A stretch of 64,000 nt of DNA from Octopus sinensis (GCF_006345805.1 NC_043019.1:15375360-15439359); one strand, 5' to 3'. Positions 1 to 13,447 are shown, counted from the stretch's first letter. Notes: generated by a model not told the origin, from the letters alone. Program-made: numbers and translations.

Positions 1-959
1 CAAGGTAAGAATGGAAGGACATTGTTACCACCATCAACACCCGGGCTGACCAGTGCCTTGCAAGGTAATTTGGTAAATGGAAACTGTGTGGAAGCCCCCT
101 CATATGTGTGTGTGTGTATTTGTGGGAGTGTGTGCATACATCTAGGCCTGTGTGTGTGTGTGTGTGAGACAGAGCGAGTGTGTTTATGTGTATGAGTGTC
201 TACATGTATGTGTTTGTGTGTTTGTGTGTGTGTGAGTGTCTGCATGTATGTGAGTGTGTGTTTCTGTGTGTGTGTGAGAGTCTGCATGTATGTGAGCATG
301 TGTTGTGTGTGTGTGAGTGTCTGCATGTATGTGAGTGTGTGTTTCTGTGTGTGTGTGAGAGTCTGCATGTATGTGAGCATGTGTTTGTGTGTGTGTGTTC
401 TCCACATCACTTGTGAACCAATGTTGGTTTGTTTACACTCCTGTAATTTAGCAGTTCAGCAAAAAAAAAAAAAAGATTAATAAAATAACCACCAGACTCT
501 TAAACCATAAATACTGGGCACAAGTTTGCTTGATCAAACCTGTCAAGATGGTGCTCCAGCATGGCCCTGCATTCCACAAACTAAAACAAATAAAAGAATA
601 AAAAGATTAGTACTTTACCAGGCCTGACCTGGGGACTAAGCAACAATTTTAAGAGCCCGACTCTCATAAACTTGCAGAATTAAATGTCTGAGATGGTTCC
701 TGGCAGCAGACTATTACAGAATGAGGAACCAATAAACAGTTCTTTGGTGCACAAGTTTTGCAACAGTCATCATTCCTGGCAGACTGTGTGCTTATTCTTG
801 GAATATTTCTAAAAATTGTCTTGGAATAGAAGCATGGATAATATTCAAGGCGGTTCTGCAAATAAGTGGTTCTATGATCTAGAAGTCTTTTATAGATTCT
901 GTTACCTAGGCAACGTCATAGCTAATAATAATAATTATAATAATAAAAATATAATAGTA

Positions 960-1010
<51 letters not shown>

Positions 1011-1653
1011 GATGATGCTTAAGCGTGCTCATTAGTATGTGAATGTATGTGTGTGAGAATATAGACATGTGTGTGTATATATTTGTGTAGATGTGCATAT
1101 GTTTCTGTGCATCTGCTCATGTTTGTTTGTGTGTGTGGTGTGTGTGTGTGTTTACATGCATGTGTGCATGCATCAATGCTGGTGTACATGTGTACGTATG
1201 TTGGATTGCGTGGGTGTGTTTGCATGTGTGTTAGTGTGTGCATGCGTGTATTATGTGCTTGTGTGTATAAATGTGCATACATATTGGGTCGTTTGTATGC
1301 ATACTTCCATAGATTATGATGCATATGTCTGTACTCACGTTTGCATGTAGGTGTATCTATGTGCATATCTTTTAGCACATATTTGGCATATACATATATA
1401 TGCTGGTGTGTGTATGTGTGTGTATGTGTGTGTGCACATGTGCACACTTGTTGGGTTCTATGTGTCTGTTTAAATAAACAGTTTGTGTATGTATGCATAT
1501 CTGTTAGGGTAAAGACCCCTTTGATCATGAATTACCTTGGGAATACCCCTAGAACTCCTCCAACATACAAGCCCCGGGCAAGGTTGTTTATGGCAGACCA
1601 GCAGTTGCCCAGGCATACCAGTCTCTCCTCTCCTTTTTTTTTTTTTAACAAAA

Positions 1654-1691
1654 CTGTCCGACAAACGGGAATGTGAAACTCCGAGTAACAG
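1654..1691 (+). ncRNA. Minimal hammerhead ribozyme motif (family H1, G8A-mutated core)
   Basis: ctgt CCGACAA acg-ggaa-tgt GAAAC TCCGA GTA acag; paralogue of 32564-32601. Confidence 0.6.
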
Positions 1692-1907
1692 CTTTTGCTA
1701 AATTTCTGCTGCTTTTAAATAAAGCATATTACTCTACCTCTGGTATTTGAGTACTCTTTTTTCCACCTTGTTTCACATTTATGTGTTTACTCCGGTATAT
1801 ATATATATAGTTAATCCAAACATGAAAGCACAAAAATACACAACAACGCAAGGACGTGGAACAAATATAGTATTATTGGACGCTCAGGAAGGAAGGGAAG
1901 AAGGAGG

Positions 1908-1942
1908 GTTTTACGTTTCGAGCGGAGCTCTTTGTCGGAAAC
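1908..1942 (-). ncRNA. Minimal hammerhead ribozyme motif (family H2)
   Basis: Minus strand: gttt CCGACAA A gagc-tcc-gctc GAAAC GTA aaac. Confidence 0.55.
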
Positions 1943-2011
1943 ATAGGAGAAGGAAAGATCCAGAGAAGGGAAGACGGAGGAAAAATGTCACCAATGGTAC
2001 ACACGCGGTCC

Positions 2012-2058
<47 letters not shown>

Positions 2059-2060
<2 letters not shown>

Positions 2061-2235
2061 TGCTGGTGTGGTTGTGTGGTAAGAAGTTTGTTTCTTAACC
2101 ACATGGTTCCAGGATCAGTCCCATTGCATGGCACTTTGGGCAAGTACCTTATACTATAGCCTCAGGCCTATCAAAACATTGTGAGCAGATTTGGTCGACA
2201 GAAACTGAAAGAAGCCTGTCATGTCTGTGTGTGTA

Positions 2236-2266
<31 letters not shown>

Positions 2267-2465
2267 CTTGTCCAACATCACCATTTGAAAGTCAGTGTTG
2301 GTGTGTTTGTGTCCCTGTAACTTAGCAGTTTAGCAAAAGAGACTGATACGATAAATACCTGGGTTTAAAATAAAATAAGCACTGAGGTTGATTCGTTCAG
2401 CTAAAATTTTTCAAGGTGTTGCCCCTGCAAGGCTGCAGTCTAATGACTGAAACAAGTAAAAGATA
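2059..2465 (+). mobile_element. tRNA-derived SINE family B (~400 bp, internal TG/TA microsatellite)
   Basis: Head ggc(t)gtgtggtaag...ggttcagtccc, tail ...atgactgaaacaagtaaaaga; at least 15 copies in the window. Confidence 0.85.
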
Positions 2466-3032
2466 AATGATATATATGTGAGTGTGTGTATGTGTCTTGT
2501 CTTGTTCTCAGTGAAATGCATATAGTGCACAGCTATTGCAGTTTGGAGACAGCTTTCTGCGCAGCTGTGTTAGATCAAGAGAAGAAACAAAAAAATTACT
2601 TTAAAAAAATTATAGAATAAAATAAAATAAAAAGTTATTTCAGGTTGAGAAAATAATGGTTTTTGACATCGGAACGAAATGACATGGTTGATTGACTTTA
2701 TGAACTTTATCAAACCCCAAAGGATAAAAGGAAAAAAACAACAACAAAACAAAAACTATTGAGGTTATTGACATTGGTGAGATTAGAACCCTTTGAAGTC
2801 AGGAAGTTTGCCGATCAAAAGTTGAACAATATATATTCAGTTAGATGCAGGCATGGCTGTGTGGTTAATATGTTTGATTTGCAACCAAGTGACTTTGGGA
2901 TCAATCCCACAGTGCAGTACCTTATGCGAGTGTCTTCTACCATAGCCCCAGGCAACCCCAAAGTCTTGTGAGTAGATTTGGTTGAGGGAGACTATGTAGA
3001 ACAGATTCCCCAGTTGGTTTCAACATATGAAT

Positions 3033-3247
3033 GGGTGCTGAGAAGCCCCTGGTTTGGGGTAAAAGAAAACACAGAAGGGTCATTTAATTATAATTTTATT
3101 CAACATATCCCTCTCCTAGATTCACACACTTAATGCAGCTGTCTTTCAGTTATTCTAAGCCGTGTAAAAAGAACATGGAAGGTTGAACCTCCAACCAGGC
3201 CTTCCATGATACATTTAAAGCCAGGAACTTTTCATCCAACCTCCTTG
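3033..3247. mobile_element. mariner-type MITE (partial copies from 3341 and 3815)
   Basis: Imperfect TIR gggtgctgagaag..cctgg / ccaggaacttttcatcc. Confidence 0.6.
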
Positions 3248-3279
3248 TGTTTATATATATATATATGTGTGTGCATGTG

Positions 3280-3289
<10 letters not shown>

Positions 3290-3335
<46 letters not shown>

Positions 3336-3749
3336 TATATAGGGTGCTGCAAAGTTCCTGGCTTTGGGTAAAAGAAAATACAGGAGGATTATGATTTTAT
3401 TCGATATATTCCTCCTCTCAGATTCACACACTTATTGCTGGTGCCATGAAAATAGCACCAGTACACTCTGTAAAGTGGACGTCAAGCTTGGAGCAGTTTA
3501 TTTTCAATTGTCAGTTCCTGTCAAACTGTCCAGTGCATGCCAGCATGGAAGACAGACATTAAATGATGATGATGATGATGATGAGACACATAATGCATTC
3601 ATTCTTCAGTTGTAATCCAGTAAAAAAAAATATTATATTTCAGTTTTTTTTAAACTAACAAGTAAATAATTCTAAATTTGGTTTTTCATTGAAGCAAGGG
3701 TAAAAAGTAATGACCTAGTTATGGGTCAAAACCATATATATATATATAT

Positions 3750-3783
<34 letters not shown>

Positions 3784-4230
3784 CACATATATACATATAT
3801 ATATATACATATATAGGGTGCTGCAAAGTTCCTGGCTTTGGGTAAAAGAAAATACAGGAGGATTATGATTTTATTCGATATATTCCTCCTCTCAGATTCA
3901 CACACTTATTGCTGGTGCCACGAGAATAGCACCAGTACACTCTGTAAAGTGGACGTCAAGCTTGGAGCAGTTTATTTTCAATTGTCAGTTCCTGTCAAAC
4001 TGTCCAGTGCATGCCAGCATGGAAGACAGACATTAAATGATGATGATGATGATGATGAGACACATAATGCATTCATTCTTCAGTTGTAATCCAGTAAAAA
4101 AAAATATTACATTTCAGTTTTTTTTTAACTAACAAGTAAATGATTCTAAATTTGGTTTTTCATTGAAGCAAGGGTAAAAAGTAATGACCTAGTTATGGGT
4201 CAAAACCATATATATATATATATATATATC
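3290..4230. repeat. 474-bp tandem duplication
   Basis: Identical ORFs 3364..3615 and 3838..4089, offset by 474; about four substitutions plus homopolymer length differences. Confidence 0.9.
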
Positions 4231-4417
4231 AGTAAACCCATAGATGCAAAACAAGGTGGTAAAAATAGTACTTGAATACCAAAGGTAGAGTAATATACTA
4301 TCTATAAAAGCCTGGGAAAATCTTCACAAACTGTTACTCAGAATTTCATGTAACCATTCATTTGACAGTTGCAGTGTGTGTGTGTGTGTGTGGAGGCATG
4401 TGGCTTTGTGTCTAGGG

Positions 4418-4619
4418 CAGTGCTTTTCAAACTTTTTGCTGGAGCGGAACCCCAAGGAAACATTCCACTGGCTCGAGGAACCCCTGTGCAATAATTTAAT
4501 AGTCTTATGCACACATATCTGCACAGGAGAATTAAAAATTACTGACGATTTTAGCAGTTTTGTAACTTCTTGCGGAACCCCTGGACTGTACTAGCGGAAC
4601 CCTGGTTTAAAAACCACTG
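4418..4619. mobile_element. hAT (Charlie-like) MITE
   Basis: Ends CAGTG...CACTG; 8-bp TSD gtctaggg/gtgtaggg. Confidence 0.8.
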
Positions 4620-5009
4620 GTGTAGGGTGTTCCATTTATGATAATAAGGCAATGCATTGTGTTCTTGAGCAAAACACTTGTGGAGTTCCTACTTATGTTG
4701 CTCCAGTCCACTGATGACTGGTGTCCCATCCACAGAATCTGAGAAACTGGCCTTATGAGCCTATCCCTTGGGAAAGGACTTTGAACCTTTTTTGACGTAT
4801 CTATTTATTTATGTATCTCTGATTTTTCTCTGAGTTTAATTCAAGTTTTTTCTTGACAGAGTTCAAGCTGGTTGCTAACAAAGCAACAAGAGCTTTCGAG
4901 TTAAGAAAGTTCCTGGTGTTTCTGAATATGTGGTTGAGTTGGGGTGTTGCTTGAACTGTCGATGCATGCAGCCAAGTATGTGCATCTTTTCACATAAGAA
5001 TCGCACATG

Positions 5010-5480
5010 GAGAATTTGTGGAATGTGCCACTAATAGATTGGATTTGAAGAATCTGAGTCAGTTTCTTTTACTCGTTTTCTGTGAAACCAAATCTTTTTA
5101 GGTATTTTATGAAAATTTGTTGGTGCATTACCTAATGCACCTATGATGACAGGTATAAATGAGAAGGCGGCGAGCTGGCAGAAACGTTAGCACGCCGGGC
5201 GAAATGCGTAGCCGTATTTCATCTGTCGTTACGTTTCGAGTTCAAATTCCACCGAGGTCGACTTTGCCTTTCATCCTTTCGGGGTCGATAAATTAAGTAC
5301 CAGTTACGCACTGGGGTCGATATAATCGACTTAATCCGTTTGTCTTTCTTTGTTTGTCCTCTCTGCGTTTGGCCCCTTGTGGGTAGTAAAGAAATAGGTA
5401 TAAATGAGAATTCATAATCAGGGTAGAAGAGCAGTATCTATGTAGCAACTTCTGAAAGCCTTATCATGGGTGACATAAGA
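5010..5480 (-). mobile_element. Decayed R4/Dong/NeSL-like (restriction-like endonuclease) non-LTR C-terminal fragment, interrupted by a SINE
   Basis: After removing the SINE and one TSD: YPDYEFSFIPVIIGALG...; shifted frame ILQIQSISGT. The P.IIGALG motif is typical of RLE-type elements. Confidence 0.6.
5166..5395 (+). mobile_element. SINE family A with 15-bp TSD
   Basis: tRNA-like head with B box GAGTTCAAATTCC; TSD aggtataaatgagaa at 5151-5165 and 5396-5410. Confidence 0.9.
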
Positions 5481-6402
5481 ATGCAGGCGCAATCTTTCTG
5501 TACTTTTAATATGTAGCTACAAGGGGACTGAAACAGAGTATCTTGACAAACCATTTGACCGATTGGGGACCACTCCTCAGAGACAACCTGCCCAGCTTCC
5601 TTCCCCATTCAAGAACCTACATCAGCTACAGTATAAATGAGTCGTGCCAGAGCCCAGCACCACAGTGGATAACCTAATTGATACATTCCTACTTTTGGAG
5701 GCTTGCCATTCATTAAACAATATCAATTTCATACACAACACAGCACATTTCATCATGAATTTGCTTGACATTTCTTCTCTCAGCTCTTATTTTTCCATTT
5801 CTATCACATGTCCATATTCATTGCAGTCTTCTTGCTTGCGCAATAAATGCATCTCATTCAGCTTATGACGGGTTTTTTTTCTCTTTTCCTTTCTGCTCAT
5901 TCATTTGTGTTTTATCATCCGTAACAGCCACATTACATATATATGTATGTATGTATGTGTGTATGTATGTATGTATGTATGTGTGTGTGTATGTATGTAT
6001 GTATGTATGTATGTATGTATGTATGTATGTATGTATGTATGTGTATATATATATATATATAACATATATATATATATATATATATTAATATTATTATATA
6101 TATATTTATTATTTTATTATAATATATATATATATATACATATGTATGTGTGTGTGTAGTCACTATGAGGATATCTAGACCTCTTATAGAGATATTTTTA
6201 TCCAAGAGTCACTGGTTTAATATATTGTATTTTGAAGAGATATTTCTTCAATGAATATATTACGAAATATCATAAAATATCAAATATTATTATTAAGTTT
6301 AAAAATGGAGAGCTTCAATAGATATGAATGAATGAATGAATTGATTATCATCATTACCTACAATTGTTTCAACCACATCCAATTTAGATTACAAAACATA
6401 TA

Positions 6403-6950
6403 CCGTGAAATAGGGTTACTTTGAACACCAGGGTAATTTTGAACAAGATATAATATTTTGTTTCCTCTTTATATCACAGCTCAAAGTTGCACAGTAATGC
6501 GATTTAAAAACAATTTTCCTTCAGCCAAATGGGCAAATTCATTTTTAAAGCGAAACAAAATCCCAATTAGTATCACGCCTGTACCAAAATATCAAAAGAC
6601 CCAGAGCAAGTTTAAGTGCCACAGAAGTATCCTCATACATCCAGCACTTGAAAGCAACTCTTACAGGTGATGGAAAACTTATCCCTCTAAATAACATATT
6701 CACCTTTTGAACATAAGTAAAAAAAACATTACTGTTCAAAGTAACCCCAAATCAGGGGTTACTTTGAACAGCGACAATTATATATAAAAAAAAGTAATCA
6801 AATATTAACTGCAACTTATTTTTATTTCATATACCAGTTTATCTATTTAGTCCCTCAAACAATATCAAATTTAGTTAAGATTGAAAAAAGTTATGAAATT
6901 ATTGTAATAAGAAGTCTAAAACTGTTCAAAGTATTTATACCGTTTCACGG
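6403..6950 (+). mobile_element. pogo/Tigger-like deletion derivative
   Basis: TA TSD; TIR ccgtgaaa...tttcacgg; repeated gggttactttgaaca motifs; internal FKNNFPSAKWANSFLKRN resembles a CENP-B HTH motif. Confidence 0.7.
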
Positions 6951-6970
6951 TATAAATGTATAAATTTGAA

Positions 6971-7191
6971 TTTCAAAATACCTTGGGCTGAAAATCTTCA
7001 AGGCATAAAAAAATACAATACAGAAATTACATTTTCATCAGTTGAAATATTCCAATAGAATCTATCGGAGTATTTTCGATCGGTTGAAATACTGTAATAG
7101 AGTCTGTTGGAGTATTTCAACCGATCAAAATGTAATTTCTGTATCGTCCTTTTTCATGCCCTGAAGATTTTCAACCCAAGGTATTTTGAAA
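6971..7191. repeat. Foldback of ~220 bp
   Basis: About 95-bp inverted arms (tttcaaaataccttggg... / ...cccaaggtattttgaaa). Confidence 0.85.
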
Positions 7192-7371
7192 AGTAGACTT
7201 ATATATTTGTATATGTTCTGTAATTTAAATTGGATCTGAAATGAAACAATTGTAGGTAAGGATGATGATTAATTAATAAATTAATTTGTATCCATTGGAT
7301 CTCTCTATTTTCAAACTTAATAAAAACATTATATATATATTTATATTCATGTATGTATGCATGTATATGTG

Positions 7372-7419
<48 letters not shown>

Positions 7420-8057
7420 TATACATGCATACATGTATATGTATGAGAGCTTTCTGCAGGATTGTAGGGAGAGGGAATGGCAACCTTGGCTTTTCCAGTG
7501 GCTGTGGGGGGGGGGGGTCCCTGCCTGGTTGGTATGGAGGATGTTAACAGCCTCTGGAATAGAGCAAAGGGTTGCTGTACACAGGATGGGAGAGGTAGCC
7601 GAAAGAGTGTCTTGATGGTTATGGAACAAGAGAGAACATTTAAGCTAGAAGATAGAGGATGAGCAGTGATTGGCCATCTCTGCTGACCCACCGGTGGGAG
7701 GGTGTTGCGATTCAGGGTCGAAATACCTGGTGATTGTTGGATATCACCTGATGACATCAATTCCTCCTGGCCAAAACTGCATTGATCTTGGTGAATGGAA
7801 AGGAACAATCTTCTTCAATCAGTTATCAATAACAAATATACACATGCACACACACACACATAGATCCATATAGATTCATATACATAATTATACATATATA
7901 TAAACACACACATATATACATACATACACACACGACTGTGTGTGTGTGTGCGTGCATATACATAAGTATATATCTGTGTGTGTATGTATATATGTATACA
8001 TATGTATACACACACACATGCATCTGCATGCACGCACACACACACATGCATACCCAC

Positions 8058-9310
8058 CTCAACGTGGCACAGTACACCTGAATGAGCATTCCGTACTTTG
8101 CTTCTAATATGTTCGCATTTCCTGTTCGGCGTTGATGCGTTTCTTTATGCATTTGCGTCGTTTCGTGGAACACAAGTTGCAAAATATTAGAATACATCAC
8201 ATCATAATGATAAGGAAGAATTGTCAGCTATGAGCGCCATCTTCGAGATAACAGACTGTTTTTAGGAATTCCTCATTGACTTTGTTTTTATCACATTTTA
8301 TTCTTTTAATATTCTTGTTGTTTTGTTTAATTTTGTTTCGTTATTTGTCCTAGAATTCTCTTTTATTATTTCTTCCATTATCCGTTTTTGTTTTTTTTTG
8401 AAAGAAACAAGGAAAAAAAATAAAAGAAATTCTTCGGTGCAAGAAATATATAAATAAATAAACAAACACACAGCCGACTAACTAAATGTAAAACTAACTA
8501 ACGAGATAAATATTACTTTCCGTTGTCGTTTAGTAGAGGCATAGCAAGTCGATTCCTTTTAGCAGAGATATCGGTAGAACTAAGAACAGTTTTAGTTAAG
8601 CACACTTTGTTCTTTTACCGTATTACAGCCAAATGGTTGTTTTTTTTTTGCATAGAAAGAATATATCTTGGAAATAATTCCATCTCCATGCAATGGCAGC
8701 TAATGCTGCTGTGCACGGAGATGGAATTATCATCATCATCAGCATCATCATCCTTCTTCCATTTCTTCTTCGTCTTCTATTCTTCTTCTTCTTCTTCGTC
8801 ATCTTTTTCTTCTTCGTCCTGTTTTTCAGTTGTTGTTGTTCTTCTTTCCCTTCTTTTTCTTCTTCTTCTTTCCCTTTCTTCTCCTCCTCCTCCTTCCCCT
8901 TCTTCTTCTTCTTCTTCACCTTCTTCTTCTTCTTCCCCTCTTCTTCTTCCCCTTCTTCTTCTTCACCTTCTTCTTCTTCTTCTTCTTCTTATTATTATTA
9001 TTATTATTCACCTTCTTCTTCTTCTTCTTCTTCTTCTTCTTCTTCTTCTTCTCTTTATGTTTATTATTGTAATTGTTGTTGCTGCTGGTGCTGTTGTTGT
9101 TGTTGTTGCTATTGATCGGGCGTCCTAACTACTAAACTGACAAAACAGTATCAATTCGGAATACTCTTTTTGTCGTTTATGTCTGCTAATTTCTGTCAAT
9201 GTTGTGATAAACAACCACCCTTACCTAATAAACAGCTAGTGATGGTAGTGGGAAAGGGGTTAAGGGAGAGGGAGGTTTGGCTGCTACTTCTAGTAGATTG
9301 AGCAACTGAA
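8058..9310 (-). promoter_or_regulatory. Candidate promoter / 5' exon on the minus strand
   Basis: Unique CpG-retaining sequence. Inr-like TTCAGTT near 9305 (minus), YY1-like AAGATGGCG around 8236-8244 (minus), and donor GAG|gtgggt at 8058/8057. Confidence 0.3.
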
Positions 9311-9342
9311 TTGACACACATGCTCTCTCTCTCTCTCTCACC

Positions 9343-9374
<32 letters not shown>

Positions 9375-9426
9375 CTCACCATCTATCTATCTATCTATCT
9401 ATCTATCTAGCTATCTATCTCTCACC

Positions 9427-9467
<41 letters not shown>

Positions 9468-9504
9468 CCTACCTGTCTGCCTGTCTGTCTGTCTGTCTGT
9501 CTAC

Positions 9505-9551
<47 letters not shown>

Positions 9552-10223
9552 TCTGTCAATATATCGATATATATCTTTCCATCCATCCATCCACCCATCC
9601 ATCCGTCTGCCTGTCTGTTTGTCTGTCTGTCAGTCTGTCCATCTTCCTTCTGCTGAAGCTCCTCCAAACACATTGAAATGTTTGGCTGCCAACCTCCATC
9701 AAATCACACACTAACATCTTAAAAAACAAGCACACAAAAAAACTCTGCAAATCATACATTTGACAATACCATTATTCATCATCATATTCTATCCATTTTC
9801 CACACTGCCAAGGGTTGTACAGTTTGATAAGGATCTGGCCAGCTTGGGAGCTGCACCTGGCTCCATTTGTCTGCTTTGGCAGGGCCTCTACGGCTGGATG
9901 CCCTTCCTAATGCCAACCACTTTACAAAGTGTCACTGGGTGCCTTTTACGTGACACCAGCACTGGTGCTTTTTAGGTGGCACCGACACCAATGGGGTTGC
10001 ACTTTGTTCATACTACAGGGTATTTTGGCTCCTGATTGCAAGGTATTGAGTTCAATTCCCAATGGGGCATTGTACCCTGGGGCAAGACACTTTATTTCAT
10101 ATCGCTCCAGGCCACTCAGAAAAAGATGAGTAATACTTGTAACTGAAAGGTCCAGCCTTGTCACATTCTGTGTCCCTCCGAATCTCCCTGAGAACTACAT
10201 TAAGGGTATGCATATCTCTGGAG

Positions 10224-10456
10224 AAAGGCAGCGAGCTGGAAGAAACGTTAGCACACCAGACAAAATGCTTAGCGGTATTTCGTCTGCCGCTACGTTCTGA
10301 GTTCAAATCCTGCCGAGGTCGACTTTACCTTTCATCCTTTCGGGGTCGATTAAATAAGTACCAGTTACACACTGGGGTCGATATAATTGACTTAATCCAT
10401 TTGTCTGTCCTTGTTTGTCCTCTCTGTGTTTAGCACCTGTGGGTAGTAAAGAAATA
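10224..10456 (+). mobile_element. SINE family A with 19-bp TSD, nested in a family D repeat (~10110-10550, minus)
   Basis: TSD ggtatgcatatctctggag at 10205-10223 and 10457-10475. Related heads at ~56920 (+) and ~33410-33830 (-). Confidence 0.9.
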
Positions 10457-10729
10457 GGTATGCATATCTCTGGAGTACTCAGCTACTTGCACATTAGGCT
10501 GTTCTGTTAAGTGGGTCAACTGGAACCCTTGTTCCAGTTATTTATATGATCGAATTAGAAATTGTGGTGGTTATTTTAAAACATAGGAACTTGTAAAAAG
10601 AATTGGGCAGAAAAAAAATTCAGTGAGTTATTACTTCTGCCCCTTAAGAAAGGAATTGTTTGAGTGAAAGGCAAACTCAGCCCTGGATTAACCATTAAGC
10701 AAAATAAGCATTTGCTCAGGGTATAAAGG

Positions 10730-10978
10730 TGGAGGCACGTGGCTTAGTGGTTAGGGTGTCAGCGCCATGATTGTAAGATTGTGGTTTCAATTCCTTGACT
10801 GGGCTGTGTGTTGTGTTCTTGAGCAAAACACTTCATTTCACGTTGCTCCAGTCCACTCAGCTGACAAAAATGAGTAACGCTACGATGGACTAGTGTCCCA
10901 TCCAGCTGGGGAACACATATACCATTGAAACTGGGAAACCAGGCTCATGAGCCTGGCTAGGCTTTAAAAAAGGGTGTG
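10730..10978 (+). mobile_element. tRNA-derived SINE family E with 13-bp TSD
   Basis: A box TGGCTTAGTGG; central tgttcttgagcaaaacactt block; TSD cagggtataaagg at 10717-10729 and 10979-10991. Relatives at ~17665-17930 and ~30220-30556. Confidence 0.8.
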
Positions 10979-11468
10979 CAGGGTATAAAGGGCTAGTGGC
11001 AGGGATCACAAAAATGGTAAATAGTTTAGGATACGAAATAAATCACTTTAAACTTGCTAAATTATTTGGGATGCATTATCTCTATGAAATAAAGAAAATG
11101 TGTTATGTAAGATTAATTTTGAGGATCTGATCAAAGACTTGCAATTAAAACAAATAGGAGAACATTTTTCAAATACAAATAAAGTGATAATATACAAAAC
11201 TAAACATTGTTTTCCACCTTTATTGTTAGTTTTGTTCCATTTTAAAAAAGAAAAATTTATTTTATGCTTTATTATTGTTTTTATTTTGAATTACATATAT
11301 GGGGGAGGGGGGCACCAAAATCTTTTAATTGCAAAAGGCTTCCATGCCAAATCAGATTGGAACTTGGTGCAGCTCCCCCAGCTTACTAGTTTTCAATCAA
11401 ACCGTCCAACCCATGCCAGCATGGAAAACAAGCATTAATTGATGATGAAATTTTAACAGCAAAACCTT

Positions 11469-12192
11469 TGTAGCAGCACAAGCAGTCAGCGCCATATTGG
11501 ATGAGATCTCGCAGCAGCCATTGCCATCTCTGAGACTGGAGTGAGACCTCACCTGCATCCATTTGCCATGCGCGAGATCATAATGAGGGTCGCGATGGCA
11601 AACTGTATATAAGGGCAAAACAGAAACAGATTCATTCTCTCTTTCCGCTTCTTCGCAGCAGCGCTTGCTGAGCATGGTTCACTGGCTGGGTCTGTCTGCA
11701 TGTTGTACCTCCAGAGGCAATGTGCCCGCACTAATGGAGATACAACACCACGCATGCAGTTCGAGATAGTTGCTGAGAGCAACGCACTTCACCTGTTCTG
11801 TGAAACTTGTAAATAAACCGGTTGTGAATTGCATTTGTACTTAACCCTTTCGTTACTGTGTTTATTTTGAGATGCTCTGTGTTTCTTTCAATTACTTTAA
11901 ATATAACAAAGAATTTAGTAAAATAACTTACTTATCATTCAGCTGGTTTTAGGAACATAAATTGTGACTAAGGTTTGGTGGAAGATTTTAATTCAAAACT
12001 TATGTAAACAAGACATTTGTTCTCAGAGCCAGAGCCGGTTTCAGCCAGGTTGGTAACGAAAGGGTTAAAGACTTCTTTCTTCACCTGCTGGAGCCTGAAC
12101 TGCATGAAGAACAAGATATAATGGGAGAAGGTGATATTCTCTTGATATCGTAAACCTTGCCTTCCATTATAAAATGGTGACCCTGATGTGAT
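11469..12192 (+). mobile_element. Gypsy-type LTR plus primer-binding site (tRNA-Trp), internal region lost
   Basis: Starts TG; TATATAAG at ~11606 and AATAAA at ~11812. TGGTGACCCTGATGTGAT at 12175-12192 matches the complement of the tRNA-Trp 3' end (TGGTGACCCCGACGTGAT) at 16/18 positions, and both mismatches are CpG decays. Confidence 0.65.
11845..12064. mobile_element. piggyBac-type MITE nested in the LTR
   Basis: TTAA TSD on both sides; perfect TIR ccctttcgttac / gtaacgaaaggg. Confidence 0.85.
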
Positions 12193-13064
12193 ACGCGGTC
12201 GACATTATATGGACCCCTAAAGGGCCACATAGACTGTGGCTGAGAACCAAAGCAATGAACTGAGGATGTTCTGCTGGATATGTTAACATGTCTGAATGAT
12301 GATGGAGCATTAATTAGTTGATGAGAAAACTAGGAAGAAGAGAGGAACCAGTTGTGGTGTGTGAGAGAGAAGAGTGTCCTGGGATAGTCATGTGATACTT
12401 AGAGAGGATAAACTGATGGGGAAAGAAGTGAATGTGGTCTCCATGTGCCATGTGGATGGAAGATGTGGAAGAGATAGACTGAGAAATGCATGACGAAGGA
12501 GTGGAGAATGTTGGTTTTTATGAAGTTGGAATCTTGTGAAGGTAACGAAAAAGAGTTGCGATGAATAGTAAGTTATCATGTTGGAGAAGACCCATCTAAC
12601 TTACTGATGATGATGATAATGATGGTGGTGGTGGTGGATGCAGCGGTGGTGGTGGTTACAATGATAACGATGGTGGTGATGGTGATGTTGACGAAGATGA
12701 CACAATTACATTCACTTCATAACCCATTTCTCCCTCTTTGCGTATCCAATGTCTTTTCAGTAGTTATACATCCTTGCCATCGTCATCATCATCATATTCA
12801 TCATCATCTTCATCATCATCATCATCATCTTCATCGTCATCATCATCATCATCATCATCTTCATCATCATCTTCATCATCATCATCATCATCTTCATCAT
12901 CATCATCATCTCATCATCTTCATCATCATCTTCATCATCATCATCTTCATCATCATCATCATAATTACCATCATCTTCTATATTCTCCTAACATTCATAT
13001 ATTGCTCATGTACTCGTATGTGGTGTGTAATATATATATATATATATACATACATACATACATA

Positions 13065-13111
<47 letters not shown>

Positions 13112-13115
13112 ATAT

Positions 13116-13159
<44 letters not shown>

Positions 13160-13308
13160 TACATAAAGCAAGATATAAAGAAGCTGCAAAAATAAAACAA
13201 AATGAAAAGAATAACTATGAAAACGAAAACAAAGAATCAATACTGAATATATTAAATGTATATATATATACATATATAATATGTATATATATATATATAT
13301 ATGTATGT

Positions 13309-13349
<41 letters not shown>

Positions 13350-13447
13350 ATGATAAGAATCCTCTCTCTCATAAGAGAGCAATATTATATTTATGAGAAA
13401 AACTGGAGTAAATATTGATTTAGGTTTGTATGTCTGTGTGTCTGCAG

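Noticed and set aside
1-10. CAAG|gtaaga donor at the window start
   Set aside because: No upstream context, and the adjacent sequence is SINE-derived.
5060-5100. Homeodomain-like KIWFHRKRVK on the minus strand
   Set aside because: It lacks the invariant N51 and lies in a frameshifted RLE-type retrotransposon remnant.
7160-7195. CTGAAGA...GAAA in the foldback arm as a further hammerhead
   Set aside because: Stem II is not well formed and no NUH/stem I follows; at best a degenerate remnant.
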